Source of the DNA: a virus | Lineage: Duplodnaviria; Caudoviricetes | IMG/VR virus record: IMGVR_UViG_3300020045_010569 | Location: 1 to 24,594 of that record | Strand: one strand, 5' to 3' | Length of the DNA: 24,594 bases | Shown: positions 7,107 to 13,860 of the stretch, in pieces | Position numbering within the stretch: position 1 is the stretch's first letter | Layout: the number at the start of each line of letters is the position of its first letter | Notes under the pieces: model-generated | The model's database searches: none | Told to the model about the DNA's origin: nothing | What the model saw: the letters and a program-made list of their open reading frames with translations, nothing else | Made by a program: the position numbers and the translations under genes

Positions 7107-8017
7107 TGGATAATTTAGATTTATTTGGCGAAATAGTTAAAACCAATCAATCTTTAGCTGACAAGTTCCTAATGTGCCCTACTTCAATATTAAATAAGCG
7201 TGATCCGAAATGGCAACAATTAAGGAAAAAGTGGCTTAAATTAGGTATTAAATCTGAAATTGGAAGGGATAGTATGTTTATGAATTTCAGTGGATCAAAA
7301 GACATTGATATATTAAATACTGAAACATGGAGTAATTCAACAAAAGATGTGGTTAATAAAATATCTAAATCATCTAAAGGGCAATCTATATTTGATCCTG
7401 TTATATGTGAGATAATTTATAAATGGTTCTGTAAAGATGGTGGTTTAATATTAGATCCTTTTGCAGGAGGATCAGTTAGGGGAATTGTTGCTAATAAATT
7501 AAATTTTAAATATACAGGCATTGAATTAAGGCAAGAGCAAGTAGACAGTAACAGGGAACAAGCAATTGAAATTCTTGACGTTAATAATCAACCTCAATGG
7601 TATGTTGGAGACTCGGATAAGATTATTGAAACCCTAATACATGAATATGATTTAATATTCTCTTGCCCTCCTTATATGAATTTAGAAGTTTATTCTGATT
7701 TACAAGATGATTTATCTAATATGAATGATAATTTATTTAAATTAAAGTATGCTTCTATTATTAAAAAATCAGTTGATAAATTAAAAGTTAATGGTTACGC
7801 TGTATTTGTTGTAGGTGATTTGAGAGATAAACAAGGATTTCAAAAAGACTTTACAGGATTAACAAAAAGGCTATTTATTTCTTCAGGAATGAAACTTTAT
7901 AATGAATTAATATTAATTGAACCTGTAGGTACAAAGGCTATGACTATGGAAAAAGGATTTACTAATGGTAAATTAGCCAAAGTACATCAGAATATTTATA
8001 TATTTAAAAAACCTTAA
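7106..8017 (+). CDS. Orphan amino (N4-C/N6-A) DNA methyltransferase
   Basis: SAM-binding LDPFAGGS followed by catalytic FSCPPY. Confidence 0.88.
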   Translation: MDNLDLFGEIVKTNQSLADKFLMCPTSILNKRDPKWQQLRKKWLKLGIKSEIGRDSMFMNFSGSKDIDILNTETWSNSTKDVVNKISKSSKGQSIFDPVICEIIYKWFCKDGGLILDPFAGGSVRGIVANKLNFKYTGIELRQEQVDSNREQAIEILDVNNQPQWYVGDSDKIIETLIHEYDLIFSCPPYMNLEVYSDLQDDLSNMNDNLFKLKYASIIKKSVDKLKVNGYAVFVVGDLRDKQGFQKDFTGLTKRLFISSGMKLYNELILIEPVGTKAMTMEKGFTNGKLAKVHQNIYIFKKP

Positions 8018-8019
8018 TT

Positions 8020-8361
8020 ATGAATAATTACAATCCACAAGATAAGCAAAAAGCTTTAGAGTTAGCAAATAGCCTAACCTTTGAGAATGAAAACATAGTA
8101 GACAATCACATGGAAATATCATTCGTGTTGTTTATGGACGATAATAACGGCATTTGGACGATTGACGGCACTTACTACGGTAAATACAAATTAAGCTACG
8201 AAAATGAGCGTGTTTGCAGTATTGACAACCCTTTAGAGTTACTGTTAGATGAATATATTGAAAACTACCGTAATGTAGATGAAAGGGAACAACACGAGGA
8301 AGAAGAGTTTAGGGATTTTCAAGATGAACTTTGGGTAAACACGAATAGAAATCACTTTTAA
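8020..8361 (+). CDS. Acidic hypothetical protein
   Basis: ORF track; 26 D/E versus 9 K/R in 113 aa. Confidence 0.75.
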   Translation: MNNYNPQDKQKALELANSLTFENENIVDNHMEISFVLFMDDNNGIWTIDGTYYGKYKLSYENERVCSIDNPLELLLDEYIENYRNVDEREQHEEEEFRDFQDELWVNTNRNHF

Positions 8362-8372
8362 AAATAAATACT

Positions 8373-8534
8373 ATGAATTTTTCTAAATCAATTATTTTTA
8401 TATTTACAACTATGGTTGCCATATTTTGCGCAATAGCAACATTTGAAACTAAAGAAATGTTTTTAAAATTTTACTACGCCTTTCTTTTTTCAGTAAATAT
8501 TTTTTCACTTTTTAAATTAACACAAAACAAATAA
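8373..8534 (+). CDS. Small 2-TM membrane protein, 53 aa (MNFSKSIIFIFTTMVAIFCAIATF...)
   Basis: Read by hand; AAATAAATACT-ATG start; two hydrophobic segments. Confidence 0.65.
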   Translation: MNFSKSIIFIFTTMVAIFCAIATFETKEMFLKFYYAFLFSVNIFSLFKLTQNK

Positions 8535-8539
8535 ACATT

Positions 8540-8758
8540 ATGAAAAGAATCACAGCAAAACAAGCAAGAAAATTAACAGAATACAAAGAAGAACCTACTA
8601 TGACACTTGATGAAATATATGAGAATATTTTATTAACAACCGAAAAGGGATTTGAAAAAATGGCATTTCCTGCTATCTTATCTAAAGTCACTGTTTTAAT
8701 ACTTGAAAGTGACGGTTATATTTTAACAAACAAAGGTTTTATGTGGGAAATTTCATAG
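8540..8758 (+). CDS. Hypothetical phage protein (ITAKQARKL...GY...WEIS)
   Basis: ORF track; AAATAAACATT-ATG start. Confidence 0.75.
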   Translation: MKRITAKQARKLTEYKEEPTMTLDEIYENILLTTEKGFEKMAFPAILSKVTVLILESDGYILTNKGFMWEIS

Positions 8759-8780
8759 TCTTAAAACAAAAATAAATATT

Positions 8781-8993
8781 ATGAACACTAAAGAAAAACT
8801 TATGCAATTGTTAGAACTTTGCATTGAAAAAGGATTAGACTTTGAATCATGCATAAATACAGTTGCTGCAACAAGATGGGAAGGTGATAATACTTGGTTA
8901 TTTAGAGAAAGAATTTGGCTTTCAAATGACATAGAAACTAATGATAAACATTTAGACGGATTAATCACTAAAGTTAAAAACTACCAACCATGA
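8781..8993 (+). CDS. Hypothetical protein
   Basis: ORF track; AAATAAATATT-ATG start. Confidence 0.72.
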   Translation: MNTKEKLMQLLELCIEKGLDFESCINTVAATRWEGDNTWLFRERIWLSNDIETNDKHLDGLITKVKNYQP

Positions 8994-9151
8994 GAACAAT
9001 ACTAAACACATTTATATGCCTTACTTTTTTCATGTTGGGTTGGAGCATAGGCGTAGCATTTGAAAGCAAATCACAAGACTTGACTAATGTATTTATCCTT
9101 TGGGGGATATTATTAGGATTGTTTTTATTAAGATTTAAAACTAAAAAATAG
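8990..9151 (+). CDS. Small 2-TM membrane protein, 53 aa (MRTILNTFICLTFFMLGWSIGVAF...)
   Basis: Read by hand; ATGA coupling; two TM segments and a basic tail. Confidence 0.65.
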   Translation: MRTILNTFICLTFFMLGWSIGVAFESKSQDLTNVFILWGILLGLFLLRFKTKK

Positions 9152-9156
9152 ATATT

Positions 9157-9450
9157 ATGGAATTCAAAGGAACAAAAGGGAAATGGCGATTAAACTCAAA
9201 TAGTGGATCTGTAAATAATAGTTATAATAGTTGTGTTATAGATTAAAATGATAATACTATTTGCAATGTTTTCTATACTCATGATGAAACTTTAGCTAAT
9301 GCATTATTGATATCTAAAGCCCCCGAAATGCTTGAAATGCTGAAAGTGGCTAGAGATAAATTTCTTGATTTGAAATATGAATATGATTCGAGTCTAAAGG
9401 ATATACAATGGGAAATAGAACAATTAATGAAAGAAGCAACTGAATTATGA
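9157..9450 (+). pseudogene. Phage protein (MEFKGTKGKW...ANALLISKAPEMLEML...KEATEL) with in-frame TAA at 9244-9246
   Basis: One continuous frame with recognisable N- and C-terminal family motifs, interrupted by a single stop. Confidence 0.75.
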
Positions 9451-9545
9451 AAGAACTAACTGAATTTGTAGAATCGTACACTGCACTTGGTGGCATGATT
9501 ACCAATGAACAATTTGAAAACCTTATACAAAAATTTAAAGATTAA
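9447..9545 (+). CDS. Hypothetical protein, 32 aa (MKELTEFVESYTALGG...)
   Basis: ATGA coupling; fills the gap before ERF. Confidence 0.5.
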   Translation: MKELTEFVESYTALGGMITNEQFENLIQKFKD

Positions 9546-9548
9546 AAA

Positions 9549-10100
9549 ATGAATACTAAATTCTTAAAAAAAATATCTGAACTAAAAAAAGAAACAGGAA
9601 AAATGTCTAAGGACTCAACAAATCCTTTCTTTAAATCTAAATACTTCGATGTTAATCAGCTATTGGAACACTTAGAACCAATTGCAGAAGCTAAAGGTTT
9701 ATTGATTTTACAGCCTATTGTTAATGGTGAGGTGTATTCTCAAATAATTGATATTGAATCAGGCGATAAAATCGAAAGTTCTATTGCGTTGACACAATTT
9801 AATGACCCGCAAAAAACAGGCTCTGCAATCACTTATTATAGACGTTATTCTTTGCAATCTCTATTAAGTTTACAAGCTGAAGATGATGATGCAAATAAAG
9901 CAAGTGGAAACGTTGAAAATAAACCTAAAGAAAACAAATCAAACGGTTTGCCGTGGATGAATGAAAACGACGCTAATTGGAAGGTTTTAGAAGGTGTTGT
10001 TAAATCTGGTCAAGTTCCTACAATGGCACAAATCAGAAAGAAATACAATGTAAGCAAGGCTACGGAAGAAAAATTGAAATCAACATTTAATATTTCGTAA
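9549..10100 (+). CDS. ERF-family single-strand annealing protein
   Basis: KDSTNPFFKSKY and DPQKTGSAITYYRRYSL...EDDDAN signature. Confidence 0.92.
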   Translation: MNTKFLKKISELKKETGKMSKDSTNPFFKSKYFDVNQLLEHLEPIAEAKGLLILQPIVNGEVYSQIIDIESGDKIESSIALTQFNDPQKTGSAITYYRRYSLQSLLSLQAEDDDANKASGNVENKPKENKSNGLPWMNENDANWKVLEGVVKSGQVPTMAQIRKKYNVSKATEEKLKSTFNIS

Positions 10101-10330
10101 TGGAAAGGTCAAAAGAATACTATTTAAGACTTCAAGAAGAAAAGTATTCAAGTCTTTCATTTGATGAACAGTGTTATCTTAACGGTTTAGGTTTAGAGGT
10201 TAGGCAAAAACCGATTGAAATAGATGAAACAGACGAACACTATAAGAAGCTAAAGAAAGAGCGTTTAAGAGCTTGGAATGAAGAGCAAGAGTATTTATTT
10301 AAGAAACGTAATAAAATGAATGGCTCATGA
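10100..10330 (+). CDS. Hypothetical protein
   Basis: ORF track; coupled on both sides. Confidence 0.75.
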   Translation: MERSKEYYLRLQEEKYSSLSFDEQCYLNGLGLEVRQKPIEIDETDEHYKKLKKERLRAWNEEQEYLFKKRNKMNGS

Positions 10331-10740
10331 AAATAACACTAATAAAAGGCTTAAATAACACTTTTAAAATTGCTTTTGATTCTGACTACGAAAAGGCTAA
10401 AAAAATAAAAGTAGGTGAACCTTACGAATTTGAATTTAAAAACGTTAGAAATCCTAAATTTCACAGATTATATTTTGCTTTATTGAATATGGTTTTCCAG
10501 AATCAAGAAATGTATAATAACATCGACCACCTAAGACGAGATTTAACGATAGAATCAGGTTACTACGATTTAAGAGCAAATATACACGGTGAAGAAATTA
10601 AAGAGCCTAAATCAATATCTTTTGCCTCGATGAATCAAGAAGAATTTAGTGAGTATTACAATGCGGTTTTAGATACGATTGTTAAATACTTTCACTTTGA
10701 TAAAGAAGATATAATTGCAAACGTCGAACAATACTTTTAA
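10327..10740 (+). CDS. DUF1367-family protein
   Basis: RNPKFHRLYFALL and PKSISFASMNQEEF...Y motifs. Confidence 0.8.
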   Translation: MKITLIKGLNNTFKIAFDSDYEKAKKIKVGEPYEFEFKNVRNPKFHRLYFALLNMVFQNQEMYNNIDHLRRDLTIESGYYDLRANIHGEEIKEPKSISFASMNQEEFSEYYNAVLDTIVKYFHFDKEDIIANVEQYF

Positions 10741-10752
10741 AAAATAAATATT

Positions 10753-10965
10753 ATGAATAGATACTTTTTTATATCATATGCTGGAATATTTAAAAATTCA
10801 AACTCGTATTTAGGATGCTGTGTTAATATTACAGATGGTAGTTATTTTAACATACCTAAATTTAGGGAGGATATGAAAAATGAAATTAAATGTGAACAAG
10901 TAATAGTAGTCAATATTATTGAATTAACAGAATCAGATTATAATGATATGTACAAAAAATGCTAA
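10753..10965 (+). CDS. Hypothetical protein (RYFFISY...NIIELTESDY)
   Basis: ORF track; AAATAAATATT-ATG start. Confidence 0.75.
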   Translation: MNRYFFISYAGIFKNSNSYLGCCVNITDGSYFNIPKFREDMKNEIKCEQVIVVNIIELTESDYNDMYKKC

Positions 10966-11099
10966 TATCCAATAATTACCACTTAGGTCAACTCGGTAGC
11001 ACTTTTATTCTTTGGAATAATATCGAGTTGATTTATTTAACTTCTAAAAATTTACAAACCGCCGGGAAAGAAGCGGAAGAAATAATTAAAAATAAATAA
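10959..11099 (+). CDS. Hypothetical protein, 46 aa (MLISNNYHLGQLGSTFILW...)
   Basis: Read by hand; overlaps the upstream stop and ends 1 nt before the next ATG. Confidence 0.6.
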   Translation: MLISNNYHLGQLGSTFILWNNIELIYLTSKNLQTAGKEAEEIIKNK

Positions 11100-11100
11100 A

Positions 11101-11523
11101 ATGGAAAATACAGAAAAAAATAAAGTAAGATTCTTCGCTGAATATTGGGGGTAAAAAGTATTTGTAAATCCGATTTTGGATTCAAACCCAGTTAGTAATA
11201 TTTATCTATTTGCTTATGATGAACCTGAAGATATTGAAATGGAATATTTGCAACTTAAAAATTTATCATCAATTAGCAATGAAGATGCTAAACAAATAGC
11301 AATTCAAAATAGATATACACATGGTAAAAATGATGAAGCATTTATTAAAGTTGGTAAAGATATTTTAGATAGGATATTTAATACTGAAAAATATTATACT
11401 GAATATCCTATATGTTTAACCGCTGAATCATGTGATTTTCTACGTTCAAAAGGATATGCAATGCCGTGGATGGGAGTTAGTGTTGAAAAATTAGTTGAGT
11501 ACGGTTGGATTAAATTAGTTTAA
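11101..11523 (+). pseudogene. Phage protein (MENTEKNKVRFFAEYWG*KV...DFLRSKGYAMPWMGVSVEKLVEYGWIKL) with in-frame TAA at 11152-11154
   Basis: ATG 11101 is in frame with ORF 11176..11523; the stop lies where, from my recall of the family, YWGQKV occurs (CAA>TAA). Confidence 0.78.
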
Positions 11524-11525
11524 CC

Positions 11526-11627
11526 ATGAGTACCACAATAAACCAAGACGTAATAAAAGCCCATGAAGTAGTAGCGGGATATAAAGAACTAAACAAAAAA
11601 AATAATAATAAAAATGACAGATTTTAA
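11526..11627 (+). CDS. Possible small protein, 33 aa
   Basis: Open frame filling the gap before the MazG-like gene. Confidence 0.35.
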   Translation: MSTTINQDVIKAHEVVAGYKELNKKNNNKNDRF

Positions 11628-11964
11628 AAACAACATCAACGAATTTTCACAGCACTGTTATAATCAATCAAAACAAGCGGGATGGCACGATAAAGAACGT
11701 GAAATTGGAACTATGCTAATGCTTATTGTATCTGAAGTTTCTGAAGCTATGGAAGGAGACAGAAAAGGCTTAATGGATGACCATTTACCACATAGAAAAA
11801 TGATAGAAGTTGAATTAGCAGATGCTATTATTCGTATTGGTGATTTAGCTGGAAAATTAGGTTTAGATTTAGGCGGTGCTATTGATGAAAAATTAGCATA
11901 TAATCTAAACAGACCCGACCATAAAAAAGAGAATAGATTGAAAGAAGGCGGTAAAAATTATTAA
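11614..11964 (+). CDS. MazG-like NTP pyrophosphohydrolase
   Basis: LIVSEVSEAMEGDRK and EVELADAIIRIGD (ExxE...ExxD all-alpha NTP-PPase motifs). Confidence 0.85.
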   Translation: MTDFKNNINEFSQHCYNQSKQAGWHDKEREIGTMLMLIVSEVSEAMEGDRKGLMDDHLPHRKMIEVELADAIIRIGDLAGKLGLDLGGAIDEKLAYNLNRPDHKKENRLKEGGKNY

Positions 11965-12027
11965 ATATGAAAAAAAATAACAGAAACTAAAGGTAGCGTT
12001 CATTCGATTGAATATAAAAACAATGAA

Positions 12028-12372
12028 ATGTCAAAGGCAGAAAACGCACTTAAATTAGCTAAAAGTTTAAATAGACCTTGTCGTAGGGATTCAAATTCAG
12101 AATGCGAATTTAGTCGTAATTTAAAAGCTGAGAAACCTAAAAAAATAGAACAAGAAGTATTACCCAATTATATGACGGTAAAACAGTCTGCTGAATTCTT
12201 AGGTATGACTTATGGTACATTTAACGATAGACAGAATAAGCACAAAATACCATTTAAAAAACATAATAGATTAAAATACTTTTTAATTAGTGATATAGAA
12301 AAATATAAGATTGATTATCCTATTCATTTTCAACATAAAGAAAAAAGAAAATATAAAAATAAAGTTGCGTAA
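12028..12372 (+). CDS. HTH (excisionase/HTH_17-like) DNA-binding protein; possible frameshifted 5' extension from ATG 11967
   Basis: YMTVKQSAEFLGMTYGTF...IPFKK...KYFLISDIEKY. Confidence 0.75.
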   Translation: MSKAENALKLAKSLNRPCRRDSNSECEFSRNLKAEKPKKIEQEVLPNYMTVKQSAEFLGMTYGTFNDRQNKHKIPFKKHNRLKYFLISDIEKYKIDYPIHFQHKEKRKYKNKVA

Positions 12373-12395
12373 TTAAAAAACTATTTATAGATTTG
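12365..12395 (+). promoter_or_regulatory. Promoter TTG-N20-TAGATTTG for the replication module
   Basis: Bacteroidota consensus directly upstream of the structured leader. Confidence 0.8.
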
Positions 12396-12400
12396 CTACA

Positions 12401-12505
12401 TGTTAAGATTGTGAGTCCTACTAAAGCGATCTGATTAACGAAAATATTTTAAAAAATCATCTAATGATTTCGGAGTAGGACCCGAATGACTTAGATGATT
12501 TTTTT
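12401..12505 (+). ncRNA. Structured leader RNA: two hairpins with complementary 8-nt loops; hairpin 2 is terminator-like
   Basis: Loop GTCCTACT (12415-22) is the reverse complement of loop AGTAGGAC (12474-81); 14-bp perfect stem 12451-64/12491-504 ending in a T-run. Confidence 0.7.
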
Positions 12506-12528
12506 GTTTAATTATAAATACGGAAAGT

Positions 12529-13068
12529 ATGGATTTTTTAGAAAAGGATTTGGAACAAATCATCTACGAAGCAACAGACGAACAAGTTTTTGATCAACTT
12601 TATTTAAAAGGTAAAAGATTTAGACAATTAAGAATTGGAAATTATGGAATATCTGATTTAATTTTTGTTAGAAAGGAATATAAGAACAATATTGATTATC
12701 AAAACTACACTTATAAAATAGAAGAATGTGGCATTGTTATAACAATATGTGAATTAAAAAAAGATAAAATAGGTATTTCAGCATTTTTACAGGCTATAAA
12801 TTACGCAAAAGGCGTGAAAGAATATTTAGAAAAAAGAGAGTTTTATAATTTTAACATTGAAATTCTATTATGTGGCAGGAGTATTGACTCAAGTGGCGGT
12901 TTTATATATTTAACTGACTTATTTAATCAATATGAAAACTACATGGATAATGAAAATGATTTTTCAAGATCAATAAAATGTATCGATTTTTATACTTATT
13001 CTTATGGTTTTGACGGGATAAAGTTTAAAAAAGAAGATAATTATACATTAGTAAATAATGGTTTTTAA
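12529..13068 (+). CDS. PD-(D/E)xK nuclease, NucS/EndoMS C-terminal-like
   Basis: LEKDLE, RQ, SDLI, ELKK and QAINY motifs in the canonical order. Confidence 0.7.
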   Translation: MDFLEKDLEQIIYEATDEQVFDQLYLKGKRFRQLRIGNYGISDLIFVRKEYKNNIDYQNYTYKIEECGIVITICELKKDKIGISAFLQAINYAKGVKEYLEKREFYNFNIEILLCGRSIDSSGGFIYLTDLFNQYENYMDNENDFSRSIKCIDFYTYSYGFDGIKFKKEDNYTLVNNGF

Positions 13069-13070
13069 TT

Positions 13071-13850
13071 ATGAATTATATAGAGCAAATTAACGGTTTC
13101 TGGAATAAGTCTGAAGATTCAGATTTAACGGGATTAGATATTGCGGTTTATATGTCATTATTAAAATACTGCAACAGATTGAATTGGTTAAATCCTTTTG
13201 TATGCCATTGGGATATTGTTTGTCAGACTTCTAAAGTGTCTAAAAATGCTTATTATAAATCAATTGAGAGACTTACTGAATTTGGATTTATAAATTCTGA
13301 AAAAGGAGTTAAAAACACCAACCAAAAACCTAAAATTTTTATTCTTGAATTAAAGAATAATGAAGGAACAATAAGGGAACAAAAAGGGAACAACGAAGGA
13401 ACAGAAGAGGAACAGAAAGGGAATATATATAAACATTTAAACAATAAACAAATAAACAATATACTTTCTTTCTTTGATAAATTACCTGAAGAAGAAATTG
13501 ATATTTACATTTCGAATCTTAAAATAATTGACACTGACAAAATAGACTTTGAAAAATTAAAAGACTTTATAAATAAAAAAACGGGAAGGGATTTTAAATT
13601 AGTAAATAAGCAAGTTAAAGGAAAATATTTAGCCAGATTAAAAGATGGTTATACTAAACAGGATATTTTAGATGCTGTTTCAAATGCTGTTAAAAACGAT
13701 TATCATAAAGAAACTGAATTTAAATATTTGACTTTAGAATTTTTTTCACGTGCTGATACTTTAGATAAGTATTCAAACACTAAAAAAGACACCTCAGAAC
13801 CTAAACCACAAAAAACAGAAGTAACCTATTCTGGTCCATTTCACAACTAA
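13071..13850 (+). CDS. Phage replication initiator (N-terminal wHTH, C-terminal Phg_2220_C-like domain)
   Basis: MNYIEQINGFW...AVYMSLL wHTH start; FINKKTGRDFK...ARLKDGYT...KYLTLEFFSR...LDKY; internal iterons; precedes the helicase. Confidence 0.85.
   Translation: MNYIEQINGFWNKSEDSDLTGLDIAVYMSLLKYCNRLNWLNPFVCHWDIVCQTSKVSKNAYYKSIERLTEFGFINSEKGVKNTNQKPKIFILELKNNEGTIREQKGNNEGTEEEQKGNIYKHLNNKQINNILSFFDKLPEEEIDIYISNLKIIDTDKIDFEKLKDFINKKTGRDFKLVNKQVKGKYLARLKDGYTKQDILDAVSNAVKNDYHKETEFKYLTLEFFSRADTLDKYSNTKKDTSEPKPQKTEVTYSGPFHN
13360..13460 (+). repeat. Putative replication origin: six 11-bp iterons (NNNNNGGAACA) plus AT-rich TAAACA repeats
   Basis: ATGAAGGAACA ATAAGGGAACA AAAAGGGAACA ACGAAGGAACA GAAGAGGAACA GAAAGGGAATA (13360-13425), then four TAAACA repeats. 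Confidence 0.78.
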
Positions 13851-13860
13851 AAACTAAAAC

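Noticed and set aside
8753-8968. Minus-strand 71-aa ORF
   Set aside because: Antisense to a + strand gene that has a conserved start motif.
11059-11076. CCGC-CGGGAAAGAA-GCGG hairpin resembling the boxB-like element
   Set aside because: Lies inside a plausible 46-aa CDS and the stem is only 4 bp.
9244-11154. Genome-wide stop-codon reassignment (TAA read as Gln) suggested by two in-frame TAA codons
   Set aside because: TAA is the normal stop for most genes here (TerL, TerS, both MTases, ERF, helicase), often in TAATG couplings, and long genes have no internal stops.
12465-12490. SECIS-like UGAN/NGAN quartet
   Set aside because: No in-frame UGA or selenoprotein nearby, and this type of SECIS core is eukaryotic; treated as a generic tandem G-A motif.
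13360-13425. CRISPR-like or protein-repeat interpretation of the GGAACA repeats
   Set aside because: An 11-bp period with no spacers; better explained as iterons.
13253-13459. Minus-strand 68-aa hydrophobic ORF
   Set aside because: Shadow of the purine-rich iteron region in the initiator gene.
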